From Escherichia coli (GTDB taxonomy: Bacteria > Pseudomonadota > Gammaproteobacteria > Enterobacterales > Enterobacteriaceae), in NCBI RefSeq assembly GCF_004804185.1, contig NZ_CP039404.1: a stretch of DNA of 32,000 bases; one strand, 5' to 3'. The position numbers and the translations under genes were made by a program. The stretch's first letter is position 1, and every line of letters begins with the position of its first letter. Positions 18,571-28,946 of this stretch are shown piece after piece. Under the pieces are notes generated by a model that saw only the letters and a list, made by a program, of their open reading frames with translations, did not search any database and had not been told where the DNA came from.

Positions 18571-18753
18571 ATGAAAAGAAAGGCAATAGCAATTACAGAA
18601 TCAACATATCTGGATATTACTAGAATAGCCCTTGAGATAAGCCAAAAAACAGGGCAAATAGTTACATGGTCGGAAGTTGTACACTTTATGATAAAAAACT
18701 ACTTAAACGACGCAAAACAAGACATGATCCACCAAAGAAACCAAAAAAAATAA
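18571..18753 (+). CDS. small ribbon-helix-helix-like regulator (copy 2)
   Basis: Identical to 10319-10501. Confidence 0.5.
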   Translation: MKRKAIAITESTYLDITRIALEISQKTGQIVTWSEVVHFMIKNYLNDAKQDMIHQRNQKK

Positions 18754-18795
18754 CATCGTAGTTACCTATAGATACGAAGATTGCTAAGAAGCAAT

Positions 18796-18951
18796 ATGCA
18801 GACAACCAGTGACTTAATTCTTGACCTGCTGATAAAGCATTTTGTTGTGGATAGCATTACAGGCATGACGATGTTCGGCCTGATAACGCTTGTTCTTCCG
18901 TTGGTGATGACCATACACGACAAAATGAACAGGCGCACAGACTCCTTTTAA
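18796..18951 (+). CDS. possible 51-aa membrane peptide (copy 2)
   Basis: Identical to 10544-10699. Support is weak. Confidence 0.2.
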   Translation: MQTTSDLILDLLIKHFVVDSITGMTMFGLITLVLPLVMTIHDKMNRRTDSF

Positions 18952-18954
18952 GAT

Positions 18955-19050
18955 TCAGTGCGCACAATGACGTTATGTGTAAAAAGGCCGCTGCGGTGGA
19001 AAGTATCGCAGCGGCCTTTTCAACATAACGCGTGTCACATTATGCGCATC
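18955..19050 (-). other. attR: phage hairpin (site A, terminator stem, site B spacer) fused to the chromosomal XerC arm
   Basis: The minus strand at 19050-19018 reads GATGCGCATAA-TGTGACACGCG-TTATGTTGAAA. Sequence to the right of 19048 no longer matches the phage. Confidence 0.8.
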
Positions 19051-19128
19051 AACATAAACCAAGGGAGAATCCAGTCGTTGGCGGTTCATGATTGTCCTGC
19101 TCATTAACAACGACCAAAACCCCATATC

Positions 19129-20451
19129 TTACTTAATACCGTATTCTCGGCTTAACCGACCGTGCAACCTCAACACATTGGTTTCAACTGCCGTCACCAC
19201 GTTCTCCGGAAAATCTGTCGGTAATAAAGTCTTCACGTTATCCAGTGCTGCCGGAATCATTCTGGCAAAGTCACTCAGGATTTCATGCATCTGCACTTCC
19301 GGGAATTTCAGCACCTTTGCTGTCGCCAGAAAATGTCGCGGATAAATTTTATCGATTGCCGTTTTTTTGCCTTTGGATGCGTTAAGCCCCATTGCCAGTT
19401 TGAGATCGCTGATGTGTATTCCCGTACCGCCAAGGACCGGAAATGCCGAAATGATGTCATAAAATGGTGTGAGCCGATAACTGCCGCCAGCCTGAATAAA
19501 TACGGAGAAGTTTTTTGCATGGCCATCCGTTGCGCCAATCAACCACTGGAAGACCTGAAACTTCATAAAATCATAGCGATCTTTCAGCGCCTCGCTGGAC
19601 CCCATTAAAAAAGCCATAATTTGCGCGATACCGGGGCCTCCATCTGATTCATATTTCACCGATGAAGGTAAACCGAATGTCTGGCACATATCCTCCTGTG
19701 GCAAGCGAAGTAAAACCGTTCGCTCAGTATTCCAACGCCTGTCAAAACGTTCGACCGCTAACGCGCGCACCCTTCCCGCTTTAATGATTTCTGCGTCCGG
19801 AACATTCAACCCGAGTTCTTTCGCCAGCAGCAAACAGTAATACTCATTATCAACGCTTTGGCTAAGATCGAGCGTCGCATTGGGCTGTCTGATTTCGCCA
19901 ATCGGCAATTTGATAATGTGCGTCGTTGGCGTTATTCCCTTCGGAATGCACCAGTCATTGCCTATTCTGAGCAGCGCAGTCTTCTCCTGTGCGCCAGCAA
20001 CCGAGATGCGAAAGTCATTTTCTTCTCTAATCATGCCTAACGGGATATCTGCTTTATAAGCCGTTAATACTTCTTCAAGTCTGGCTTCAGTAAGCTTTTC
20101 CCATGCCATTATCGGACACGTTACGGTTTCATCTTCGGGGATTAACGTCACGGCACCAACGCTGTCTCGCCCTATTTCTGACAATAAATCAAACGGTTGT
20201 CTGGATTTAGCATGATAACGTTTAACGATCCGGTCACGTACAATCGGGCTATCGGGTAACAGGTTATCGAAGAAGTTAAATACGGCATCAGAGGTGATAT
20301 TCCCCCTCTGCAATGGCAGCGAAAGTGACAACGGTCTGGCATAACGGCTGGCTAACCACTCAGCTGCATACTTAAAGGTGTGCGCGCCGTTGGCTAACTT
20401 CGTTAACTCGCCTACCCGCTGGTTGTTCATCCAAGTGACTAGTTTAGGCAT
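19129..20451 (-). CDS. hipA: HipA serine/threonine kinase toxin
   Basis: 440 aa from MPKLVTWMNNQRVGELTKLANGAHTFKYAAEWL..., recognised as E. coli HipA. The start overlaps the hipB stop by 1 nt. Confidence 0.95.
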   Translation of the reverse strand: MPKLVTWMNNQRVGELTKLANGAHTFKYAAEWLASRYARPLSLSLPLQRGNITSDAVFNFFDNLLPDSPIVRDRIVKRYHAKSRQPFDLLSEIGRDSVGAVTLIPEDETVTCPIMAWEKLTEARLEEVLTAYKADIPLGMIREENDFRISVAGAQEKTALLRIGNDWCIPKGITPTTHIIKLPIGEIRQPNATLDLSQSVDNEYYCLLLAKELGLNVPDAEIIKAGRVRALAVERFDRRWNTERTVLLRLPQEDMCQTFGLPSSVKYESDGGPGIAQIMAFLMGSSEALKDRYDFMKFQVFQWLIGATDGHAKNFSVFIQAGGSYRLTPFYDIISAFPVLGGTGIHISDLKLAMGLNASKGKKTAIDKIYPRHFLATAKVLKFPEVQMHEILSDFARMIPAALDNVKTLLPTDFPENVVTAVETNVLRLHGRLSREYGIK

Positions 20452-20717
20452 CACCACTCCAGATCTTGCTGTTCTGTTGCTTCTGGCGAGGCATTTTTCG
20501 CGTCGCATAGCGTCATTGAGAGTTCAAGCGACTGTAAAATCTTAAAAAATGTCGTGAGCGAGGTATTGTCAGGATTGTTTTCGAAATTGGAAATTGTCGC
20601 CTGCTTAATGCCGATTTTTTTCGCCAACTCGCTCTGCGTCCAGCCGTTTTGCTGGCGAACCAGTTTCATTGCATTCGCCAATTGCGTTGGGCTATAGATC
20701 TTCTGAAAGTTCATCAT
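20451..20717 (-). CDS. hipB: HipB antitoxin, Xre-type HTH repressor
   Basis: 88 aa, MMNFQKIYSPTQLANAMKLVRQQNGWTQSELAKKIGIKQATISNFENN...LEW. Confidence 0.95.
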   Translation of the reverse strand: MMNFQKIYSPTQLANAMKLVRQQNGWTQSELAKKIGIKQATISNFENNPDNTSLTTFFKILQSLELSMTLCDAKNASPEATEQQDLEW

Positions 20718-20738
20718 GTCATACGTCCACAGCAAATT

Positions 20739-20852
20739 TATCCGCTTAAGGGGATATTATCAGTTTTATCCTTTAGTGAGGATAAAGTCAATCTGCAAAC
20801 ACATCTTATCCGCTCTACGGGATAAACGCTGCGATATCCGCGATCGAGGATA
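20739..20852. promoter_or_regulatory. four HipB operators (TATCC-N8-GGATA) in the hipBA promoter
   Basis: Perfect TATCC-N8-GGATA sites occur at 20739-20756, 20767-20784, 20807-20824 and 20835-20852, directly upstream of hipB. Confidence 0.9.
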
Positions 20853-21024
20853 AAAAGGAGGATTTAAAAAAGCACATCCTAATGCGGTGGCTTCTTTGAC
20901 TACCGGAATCTGTAATCTTAATGACCTGGGCGCGTAAAAAACGTCTGTTCAATGGGTTGATGCCGTGAGGCGAGTTTATCAGTTTTATCTACAATTGGGG
21001 TAACGCGCTGACGGGAGTAAAAAA

Positions 21025-21783
21025 ATGTCTGACTGGAACCCCTCTTTATATCTGCACTTTGCCGCTGAACGATCGCGTCCGGCGGTGGAGCTGCTTGCCA
21101 GGGTGCCGCTGGAGAATATCGAATACATTGCCGATCTTGGCTGTGGCCCAGGTAACAGCACCGTCCTTCTACACCAACGTTGGCCTGCTGCCAGGATAAC
21201 GGGCATCGACTCATCTCCGGCGATGATTGCTGAAGCGCGCAGTGCTTTGCCAGACTGCCTGTTTGTGGAAGCAGATATCCGCAACTGGCAACCGGAACAG
21301 GCACTCGATCTGATTTTTGCTAATGCCTCACTGCAATGGCTGCCCGACCACTACGAATTGTTTCCTCATCTGGTTTCGTTACTCAGTCCGCTGGGCGTGC
21401 TGGCAGTACAGATGCCAGATAACTGGCTGGAGCCGACCCATGTGCTCATGCGCGAAGTTGCCTGGGAACAAAACTACCCGGATCGCGGGCGTGAGCCGCT
21501 GGCTGGCGTTCATGCTTACTACGATATTCTGAGTGAAGCCGGATGTGAGGTCGATATCTGGCGAACCACTTACTATCACCAGATGCCGTCGCACCAGGCG
21601 ATTATCGATTGGGTGACCGCCACTGGATTACGTCCGTGGTTACAGGATCTGACCGAGAGCGAACAGCAGCATTTTCTTACGCGCTACCATCAGATGCTGG
21701 AAGAGCAATATCCCCTCCAGGAGAACGGACAGATATTGCTGGCATTTCCGCGTCTGTTTATTGTTGCCCGCCGTACGGAGTAA
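21025..21783 (+). CDS. tam: trans-aconitate 2-methyltransferase
   Basis: 252 aa with a SAM-binding motif DLGCGPGN. The sequence and the neighbourhood (hipB-tam-yneE) are recognised from K-12. Confidence 0.9.
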   Translation: MSDWNPSLYLHFAAERSRPAVELLARVPLENIEYIADLGCGPGNSTVLLHQRWPAARITGIDSSPAMIAEARSALPDCLFVEADIRNWQPEQALDLIFANASLQWLPDHYELFPHLVSLLSPLGVLAVQMPDNWLEPTHVLMREVAWEQNYPDRGREPLAGVHAYYDILSEAGCEVDIWRTTYYHQMPSHQAIIDWVTATGLRPWLQDLTESEQQHFLTRYHQMLEEQYPLQENGQILLAFPRLFIVARRTE

Positions 21784-21786
21784 TTA

Positions 21787-22701
21787 TCACGTCAGCTGGT
21801 AATGGCGATCGGGAAGAATTTTCGCTGGAATTTCTGCTTCATCGTTCATCTGTAACAGGTCAATTTCAATAGCGTTGCAGATGGCATCCAGCGGTAAATC
21901 ATTGTTTTCAGTACCGAAGGGATCTTCCAGTTCTTCCGCCAGACAATCCAGCGAAATAAAAGTGTAGGAAATCAGCACAGAGATAAAAGGCGTCATGTAA
22001 TGCAGGTCCACGACCAGCGCAAACGGCAGCATGATACAAAACAGATACACGGTGCGATGCAAAATCAGGGTGTAGGCAAAGGGAATTGGCGTATAGGCAA
22101 TGCGCTCGCATCCTGCCAGGACCGCTGAAATATCATTAAGCCGATCGTTGAGGCTAATAAACAGGATATCTGAAAGTTGTCCATTGCGTCGCTGAACCGC
22201 CAACCACTCCCCCATTATTAACAAGATACGGTTAGCTGGAGAGTTCGAAGCCAGTACACGCTGAAGATCTTCAGTCTTGAGATAATGAGCCAGCACTTCC
22301 GCCTGTGGCTGTTTGCGTAATGTCATGCGTAAACAGTGGGCGAAGGCGATTTGCAGCCGGGCAAACTCCCTTACACTTGCCGAATCCGGCAATGTCGTTT
22401 TTACCTCGCGCAGTAACGACCGCGAGGCAATCATCAACTGCCCCCAAAGTTTTCGCGCTTCAACGTAACGGGCGTAACCGGCATTATTACGAAAACCAAG
22501 AAAAATGGCGATGGCGACACCGAGAATGCTGAACGGTGCGAGGGTGAATTTAATGCCCAAATGCGTGTACCAGGGCAGCATGAAAATAACAGCGATAGAA
22601 AAGAGAAAATTGAGTAGTAAGCGCGAGGATATCTTGGATAATACTGAACCGTGCCAGACAAAAATACGGCGCAGCCAGTGTTGTTGTGGACGAACAATCA
22701 T
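21787..22701 (-). CDS. yneE: bestrophin-family inner-membrane protein
   Basis: 304 aa from MIVRPQQHWLRRIFVWHGSVL... The internal ATG at 22701 was chosen to match the known length. It is convergent with tam, with a 3-nt gap. Confidence 0.85.
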   Translation of the reverse strand: MIVRPQQHWLRRIFVWHGSVLSKISSRLLLNFLFSIAVIFMLPWYTHLGIKFTLAPFSILGVAIAIFLGFRNNAGYARYVEARKLWGQLMIASRSLLREVKTTLPDSASVREFARLQIAFAHCLRMTLRKQPQAEVLAHYLKTEDLQRVLASNSPANRILLIMGEWLAVQRRNGQLSDILFISLNDRLNDISAVLAGCERIAYTPIPFAYTLILHRTVYLFCIMLPFALVVDLHYMTPFISVLISYTFISLDCLAEELEDPFGTENNDLPLDAICNAIEIDLLQMNDEAEIPAKILPDRHYQLT

Positions 22702-22795
22702 GGTTATCTTCAGGCGTGGAAAAGTCGCCCTATTAAACGTGATTACGATCACATTCTCAAGACACTACTTACAAATTACCTACAAGCTTGCAACA

Positions 22796-22825
22796 TTAAC
22801 AGGTGCTGCATGTGGCACCTGTTAA
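22796..22825. promoter_or_regulatory. 11-bp perfect inverted repeat between uxaB and yneE
   Basis: TTAACAGGTGC (22796-22806) and GCACCTGTTAA (22815-22825) are separated by an 8-nt loop. There is no clear T-run, and the role (operator or hairpin) is unknown. Confidence 0.25.
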
Positions 22826-22870
22826 TGATAAAGGCGCATAGGATGTTGTAACTAATATAGTGAAATAAGA

Positions 22871-22890
22871 AACCCGGTCGAAACCGGGTT
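22871..22890 (-). terminator. uxaB terminator hairpin
   Basis: AACCCGG-tcgaaa-CCGGGTT lies 8 nt downstream of the uxaB stop and is followed on the minus strand by TCTTATTT. Confidence 0.6.
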
Positions 22891-22897
22891 CAGAGTA

Positions 22898-24349
22898 TTA
22901 GCACAACGGGCGTACAGCTTCGCGCATCCCTTTTTCGAGAATCGCATCCAGGTCATTAGCAACCTGCTCGACCAGACCAGGCACTTGCGTCAGGTCCTGC
23001 TCCCAGTGGTCTTTTTCTGCCAACACAATCGCTACCAGTTCCTGGGTCCCGATAACACGGTCACGATACTGGCTCCAGAGTTGCTGATAACGTTCCAGCC
23101 AGTGTGCATCGTCCTGTACCGGATATGTTTCTCCATTACGCTCACCGCGATAGAACGCAATCAATGCCGCTAATGCGAAAGTAAGGCGCGCCGGAAGTGT
23201 GCCGTTTGCCTTCTGCCCTGCCAGCAGCTGCGGCAGGATGCGTGTGCGGAACTTGGTCATACCGTTGAGCGCGATAGACAGCAGTTGATGCTTGATGTAC
23301 GGGTTACGGAAACGTCCGGTGACTGCACTGGCGAAAGACTCCAGCTCATCGCGTGGCAAATCCAGTACCGGAATAATTTCTTCGTAGATGGCTTTTTCAA
23401 CGAATGCGCAAATTTCAGCATCGTTCATCGCTTCACCTACGGTATCCAGCCCTGCCTGGAACGCCACCGGCACCAGCGCGGTGTGCGCACCGTTGAGGAT
23501 TGCCACTTTGCGTTCTTTATACGGTTTAATATCGTCAACGATCAGCACGTTGAGCGGATATTTGTCCAGACGAAGTTCAGTCGCTAAGGATTTCGGCCCC
23601 TGAATCACAAACAGGTAAAAGTGTTCAGCGGTGTCGAGGAAACCATCGTGGTAGCCCAGTTCTTCTTCCAGTTTAGCCACTTCATCACGCGGATAACCGG
23701 TAACGATACGGTCCACCAGCGTAGAACAGAAGCTGTTAGCCTGATCCAGCCATTGAATAAATGCTTCTGGCAGTGCCCACTCTTGCGCATAGCGCAGCAC
23801 CAGCTCACGCAACGCGTCGCCATTATAGTCAATCAACTCACACGGGATGATGATCCAACCTTTATCCAGCGCACCGTTGAAATGGCTAAAACGTTCGAAC
23901 AGCAGACGGGTCAGTTTTGCCGGATAACTTACCGCTGGCGCGTCATCGAATTTATCGCCCGCATGGTAGCTGATACCCGCTTCGGTGGTGTTAGAGAAAA
24001 CAAAGCGCATTTCCGGATTGTGAGCCAGTTTCAGGAATTCATCGTATTCACTGTAGACGCTGATTTCACGATTAACCGAGCGAATCAGGCGCGCGTCGCT
24101 GACCGCTTCACCCTTCTCATTCAGGCCACGGATAATGGTGGTATAAAGACCATCCTGCGTGCTCAGTGACGGCGGGAATGAAGTTTCAATCGGACGAACA
24201 ACGACCACGCCAGAATTCAGATCGGTGTGCTCATTCAGGAGATCGATTTGCCAGTCAACAAAGGCGCGCAGGAAGTTACCTTCACCAAACTGAATGATAC
24301 GTTCTGGATACTGTGCACCGGGAAAATCGCGACGATTTAGTGTTTTCAC
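22898..24349 (-). CDS. uxaB: altronate oxidoreductase (tagaturonate reductase)
   Basis: 483 aa, [30 protein letters not shown]..., of the mannitol dehydrogenase family. Recognised as UxaB. Confidence 0.9.
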   Translation of the reverse strand: MKTLNRRDFPGAQYPERIIQFGEGNFLRAFVDWQIDLLNEHTDLNSGVVVVRPIETSFPPSLSTQDGLYTTIIRGLNEKGEAVSDARLIRSVNREISVYSEYDEFLKLAHNPEMRFVFSNTTEAGISYHAGDKFDDAPAVSYPAKLTRLLFERFSHFNGALDKGWIIIPCELIDYNGDALRELVLRYAQEWALPEAFIQWLDQANSFCSTLVDRIVTGYPRDEVAKLEEELGYHDGFLDTAEHFYLFVIQGPKSLATELRLDKYPLNVLIVDDIKPYKERKVAILNGAHTALVPVAFQAGLDTVGEAMNDAEICAFVEKAIYEEIIPVLDLPRDELESFASAVTGRFRNPYIKHQLLSIALNGMTKFRTRILPQLLAGQKANGTLPARLTFALAALIAFYRGERNGETYPVQDDAHWLERYQQLWSQYRDRVIGTQELVAIVLAEKDHWEQDLTQVPGLVEQVANDLDAILEKGMREAVRPLC

Positions 24350-24575
24350 AATGGGTTCCCTTCTGATTAGTCATACAACCTGTTTGAATTGGTACGACAG
24401 GTTAGCAAACTTTAATACGCCGAACCCCTGTTTTGATCAACTCCTGATGATTAATGAGCAGTTTTATGAGAAAAGTGTGGCGCGGATCATGGTTTAATCG
24501 AGGAAACAGGCCTTTTCTTGGATCATAAAGTGGTAGAACATATTGCATTTAATTCGCTCTGAGTAAATAAAGATG

Positions 24576-25994
24576 TCAGACAACTTCCTCACCGTAACGC
24601 ATAGTGCTGGTACGGTTGCGCCCATCTTTCTTCGAGCGATACAGACACGTATCGGCTTCGACCATCAATTTATTAAAGTCATCAGTCAGCGTTCGGTACG
24701 ATGCGCAACCACTACCGACGCCAATACTTACCGTGAGATAAAGCGTTTTTTGTTGCCAGGTGAACGGTTGAAGTTCAACGCCTTTACGGATTTTTTCCGC
24801 CATTAGCAGGCCATCGACAGGATTCACCGACGGCACTGCAACAGCAAATTCTTCGCCGCCCATTCGCGCCACCAGCCCCTTATCACCGACAATCTTCTGA
24901 ATATGCTGGGCAAACACGCTTAACACTTTATCGCCACATTCATGTCCATAGTTATCGTTAATGCTTTTGAAATAGTCGATATCAAGCAGCATGACCGTCA
25001 GATGTTGTGTCTGTTTCAGCGATGGACTTTTCAGCGCCTCATAAAGACCGGACCGTGAGTAAACCTGAGTCAGAAAATCAAAGTCGGCTCGCAGCGCAAC
25101 TTGCTTCATTAGCGAATTGATCGCTGCCACGCTAAAGGAAACCATAATTGGGCATATCGCCATCGTGGCAATACCGAGACGTGCGGAGAACATTTGCGGA
25201 ATGGAGAACGGCGAACCGACCGAGATATCAATCACCGAATTTGCCACCAGTACGACTTCCACCGCACCGGTGACAAAGGTCAACAGACATGTTACCTGCG
25301 GCGTATAGCGCACTGCACACCAGATTAATGCAGGGAGCGGAAACGCCAGACTCCCCGCTCCGCCAATGACTACCGAGGCAATAACCGACACAATAAGCGC
25401 GATAGCAGGCATCATCTGCTCTGCTTTAAAGCGCGGCAGTACTCCAGGAATTGCCAACGTCAGCATACAAGGCACGATCAACACGCCCGTTGAGAATTAC
25501 TCACTAAACCAGTCGGCAAGCAAAGGCCAGAAATCCAGACTATCAATACTGACCGAACCAATCGCCCCGACAATAGCGCATAATAATGCGGCAAGCAGAC
25601 AGTAATTAAATAGCCGTAAGGCACTTACTGGCTCATACTTATTTTTTCCCAGACGCTTATCCCGCACGACCAGTAAGGCGACGGTAACAATAAACATCAT
25701 ATTGGAGAAATTGATAGCCAGTGAAACCAGCCCCCATTCGGTGGTTATGGCATCATAAACCAGCATCGCCACATAACTGATCGCATAGTAATGCAGTCGA
25801 TTAAGCCAGACATAGCGGGCAAACACCCCCGCCATTACGCCATTCAGCGGCCAGAAAAGAGAAAGTTCGTGAACCAGCCGTAACTCTGCACCAATAAAAT
25901 AGAACAGCGTGGTTAGCACAAAAATAGCGATGCTATTACGTAGCAGATGACCTTCCTGGAACAAACGGAAAGTTGAAATGGGCTGTACATGCAT
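24576..25994 (-). pseudogene. dgcF: diguanylate cyclase DgcF (YneF) interrupted by an in-frame TAA
   Basis: ORFs 25497-25994 (165-aa membrane domain) and 24576-25484 (TM segments plus a GGDEF domain with RMGGEEFAV) are in the same frame. They are separated only by a TAA at 25497-25499 and four sense codons. Confidence 0.7.
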
Positions 25995-26132
25995 TAATTA
26001 TCTGTCCATACAATTGCGGGTGGCAATTATCTCAACGCAATAAGTAAATTCTTAGAAAGGATAGCATGTTCGCTGACAACGGCGGCAACTAAAGATACCT
26101 AATGAATGCCATTTTATCGATTTCCGTAATTA

Positions 26133-26492
26133 TCATGGCTGATTCATCTGTATAACCAGCCAGTGATAGATTACCGTCACAATATAACGTTGTTGCTCCT
26201 CACTTAACGCTTCCCCCTGAGGAATGTTATGCCACTTAGCCAGACAACCGCGACAACAGGTCGCGGTGGCGTGTTGAGCGATAAAAACCGGATGCCCGCG
26301 CATGGGGGTTTGCTTACCGTCGTTAGCCGGTAATGCCGGAGCAAGACGTTTAGCGACAAAATCCGCCGCATGTTGTTCAATGACTGGCGCGCCTTTCTCC
26401 AGACAATACTGACGCTCTTTCACACCCAAACGAAAGCGAGAGCGAAATTTTGAACGGGATAAACGCGCGAAGAGTGGATCGAGAGACTGCAT
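26133..26492 (-). CDS. yneG: conserved protein YneG (DUF4186)
   Basis: 119 aa. The start overlaps the glsB stop, and it belongs to the sad-glsB-yneG gene string. Confidence 0.85.
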   Translation of the reverse strand: MQSLDPLFARLSRSKFRSRFRLGVKERQYCLEKGAPVIEQHAADFVAKRLAPALPANDGKQTPMRGHPVFIAQHATATCCRGCLAKWHNIPQGEALSEEQQRYIVTVIYHWLVIQMNQP

Positions 26493-27418
26493 TAATAAAC
26501 TGAACGCCCTAATTGTTTCGTCAATTGTTCAAGGACGGCAATGCCCGCAAGCGAGTTACCGGCATCATCCAGTTCCGGACTCCAGACTGCGATGGCCATT
26601 TCATGCGGAACAATCGCCACAATACCGCCACCAACGCCAGATTTTGCCGGTAGTCCCACCCGCCAGGCAAACTCCCCCGCGTTCTGGTACATACCGCTGG
26701 TCGCCATCAGCGCGTTAATTTGCCGCGCCTGCATTGGCGTCACCACAGGTTCATCAATATGAATAGCTTTCCCCTGATTCGCCAGAAAGACAAACGTCCG
26801 GGCCAGCTCTACACAGCTCATTTTCAGAGCGCAGTAATGAAAGTAGTTTTGCAGAACGGTTGTCACGTCATGATGGAAATTGCCAAACGACTTCATCAGC
26901 CAGGCGATAGCCGCATTTCGCGCGGAATGTTCAAATTCGGAACGCGCTACCACCGTATCGTAGGAAATATCAGACACACCACTTAAGCCGCGCACGACTT
27001 CCAGCATACGTTGCCGAGGAGCGCTTAATCGCCCTTGCAACATATCGCAGACCACCAGCGCACCGGCATTAATAAACGGATTACGCGGAATACCCTGCTC
27101 CATTTCCAGTTGCACTAAAGAATTGAACGGTGATCCAGACGGATCTTTGCCGACGCGTTGCCAGATTTCCTCTTCGGAGTAATGACGCATGGCGACAACG
27201 AGACTCAGCACTTTGGAAATAGACTGAATGGAAAAACGTTCTTGCGCGTCTCCGGCCTGAAAAAGCTGTCCGTCAACGGTACAGATAGCAATCCCCAATC
27301 GGGAACCGTCTACCGTAGCCAGCGCCGGAATATAATCCGCGACTTTACCCTGACCAATGAGCGGCCGCACTTGCCGCAAGATGTTTTCTAAAATTGCATT
27401 ATCCATGGCGACTGCCAC
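26492..27418 (-). CDS. glsB: glutaminase 2
   Basis: 308 aa of the serine-dependent glutaminase family (..FSIQSISKV..). Confidence 0.9.
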   Translation of the reverse strand: MAVAMDNAILENILRQVRPLIGQGKVADYIPALATVDGSRLGIAICTVDGQLFQAGDAQERFSIQSISKVLSLVVAMRHYSEEEIWQRVGKDPSGSPFNSLVQLEMEQGIPRNPFINAGALVVCDMLQGRLSAPRQRMLEVVRGLSGVSDISYDTVVARSEFEHSARNAAIAWLMKSFGNFHHDVTTVLQNYFHYCALKMSCVELARTFVFLANQGKAIHIDEPVVTPMQARQINALMATSGMYQNAGEFAWRVGLPAKSGVGGGIVAIVPHEMAIAVWSPELDDAGNSLAGIAVLEQLTKQLGRSVY

Positions 27419-27433
27419 TTTCTACTCCTGGAC

Positions 27434-27455
27434 CGCAGGTCTGAAAAGACCTGCG
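27434..27455 (-). promoter_or_regulatory. intercistronic hairpin between sad and glsB
   Basis: CGCAGGTC-tgaaaa-GACCTGCG, an 8-bp stem without a U-tract. Confidence 0.3.
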
Positions 27456-27481
27456 AGTATATCAGAGCTGAACATGTAGCG

Positions 27482-28846
27482 TCAGATCCGGCCTTTCCAC
27501 ACCGTCTGGATATTACAGAATTCGTGTAAGCCAAAATGGGAAAGCTCACGCCCAAAGCCACTCTTCTTCACGCCACCAAAGGCGACTCGCGCATCGCTGG
27601 CACAATAACCATTGATAAACACCCCACCGCATTCCAGACGTGCCGCCATCTGTCTGGCCTGTGTTTCGTCGGTGGTGAAAATGGTCGCTGAAAGGCCGAA
27701 CTCACTATCATTAGCCAGTTCCAGCGCATGTTCTGCATCTTTCGCAATGGTGATTGCCGCAACGGGGCCAAACATTTCTTCCCGAAACGCGGTCATTTCT
27801 GGGGTAACATTCGCCAGAACCGTTGGCGGATAGTAGTTACCTGCCCCAGCCATCTTTTCCCCGCCCAGTAACAAACGCGCACCCTGCGCCAGTGTTTTTT
27901 CCACCTGATGATGCAGCTCATCACGTAAATCAAAACGAGCCATTGGTCCGAGAGCGTTCTCTTCATCACGGGGATCGCCCATTTTCAAGGCTGCCGCAGC
28001 TGCCACAAAACGTTCGGTAAATGCCGAAGCAATTCCCTCTTCGATGATAAAGCGTTTTGCCGCTGCACAAACCTGTCCGGTATTCTGATAACGTCCGGCT
28101 ACCGCCGCTTTCACCGCCAGTTCCAGATCGGCATCGTTAAGCACAATAAACGGATCCGAACCACCCAGTTCCAGTACGCATTTTTTCAGTGCCGCTCCAG
28201 CACGAACACTTCCGGTCACTGTGACAGCAGCAATGCGCGAGTCTTTAATCATCTGACTGACACCGTCGTTGTCGGCATTCAGCCAGCCATATACGCCTTG
28301 TGGGATACCCGCATCTTTAAACACCTGGGCAATGAGCTGTGCACAGCCCATCACATTCGGCGCATGTTTAAGTAAGTAGCCGTTACCAGCAAGAATGATG
28401 GGAACAGCGCCACGCATCACCTGCCATAACGGAAAATTCCACGGCATAATCGCCAGAATCGTCCCCAACGGTCGATACTCAATAACCGCCTGCTGATTTT
28501 CCACCAGCGTAGGTTCTGCCTTCAGCATTGCCGGACCATGTTCTGCATACCAGTCACACAAATTCGCCGATTTCGCCACTTCAGCGCGCGCCTGGTTGAT
28601 TGGTTTGCCCATTTCACGGGTGATCATTTGCGCCATTTCTTCGCTACGGGCGCGCAGAGCCTTACCGATATCACGCAGTTTTTCAGCACGATAATCTATA
28701 TTTGTCTCGCGCCAGTCGCGAAAGCCTGCTGCCGCCAGCTGAAGCGCGTTTTCGATATCGTCAACACCAGCCCACGGCAGCACAGAAAGTTGTTCACCGG
28801 TGGCAGGATTTATCGAAATTGCATGAGTTGCCGGAGTAATGGTCAT
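27482..28846 (-). CDS. sad: NAD(P)-dependent succinate-semialdehyde dehydrogenase Sad (YneI), 454-aa variant
   Basis: The ATG at 28846 ([11 protein letters not shown]...) has an AAGGAG RBS 8 nt upstream. ALDH motifs are present (ELGGSDP, catalytic Cys in GQVCAAAKR). The protein is 8 residues shorter than the remembered 462-aa K-12 protein. Confidence 0.85.
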   Translation of the reverse strand: MTITPATHAISINPATGEQLSVLPWAGVDDIENALQLAAAGFRDWRETNIDYRAEKLRDIGKALRARSEEMAQMITREMGKPINQARAEVAKSANLCDWYAEHGPAMLKAEPTLVENQQAVIEYRPLGTILAIMPWNFPLWQVMRGAVPIILAGNGYLLKHAPNVMGCAQLIAQVFKDAGIPQGVYGWLNADNDGVSQMIKDSRIAAVTVTGSVRAGAALKKCVLELGGSDPFIVLNDADLELAVKAAVAGRYQNTGQVCAAAKRFIIEEGIASAFTERFVAAAAALKMGDPRDEENALGPMARFDLRDELHHQVEKTLAQGARLLLGGEKMAGAGNYYPPTVLANVTPEMTAFREEMFGPVAAITIAKDAEHALELANDSEFGLSATIFTTDETQARQMAARLECGGVFINGYCASDARVAFGGVKKSGFGRELSHFGLHEFCNIQTVWKGRI

Positions 28847-28946
28847 CGGGGTATCTCCTTTATGAGTCATGGTATGAAGATACGCAGATTTACTCTTGCT
28901 TTAAAATGAATAATATTAAGCCACTTATTCACGAATCGAGAATGTT

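Noticed and set aside
20918-21304. Minus-strand ORFs of 128 and 99 aa overlapping the 5' part of tam.
   Set aside because: They are antisense to the recognisable tam gene, have odd composition, and correspond to no known gene at this position.
24387-24405. AATTGGTACGACAGGTTAG upstream of uxaB as a possible ExuR/UxuR (GntR-type) operator.
   Set aside because: The location and the GT-N-AC core are plausible. However, the palindrome is imperfect and I cannot verify the consensus without a motif database, so it is not reported as a feature.
28927-28943. ATTC-N9-GAAT inverted repeat just upstream of the yneJ start, as a LysR-type (T-N11-A) autoregulatory box.
   Set aside because: It is a short, AT-rich dyad that could arise by chance, with no supporting evidence available from the sequence alone.
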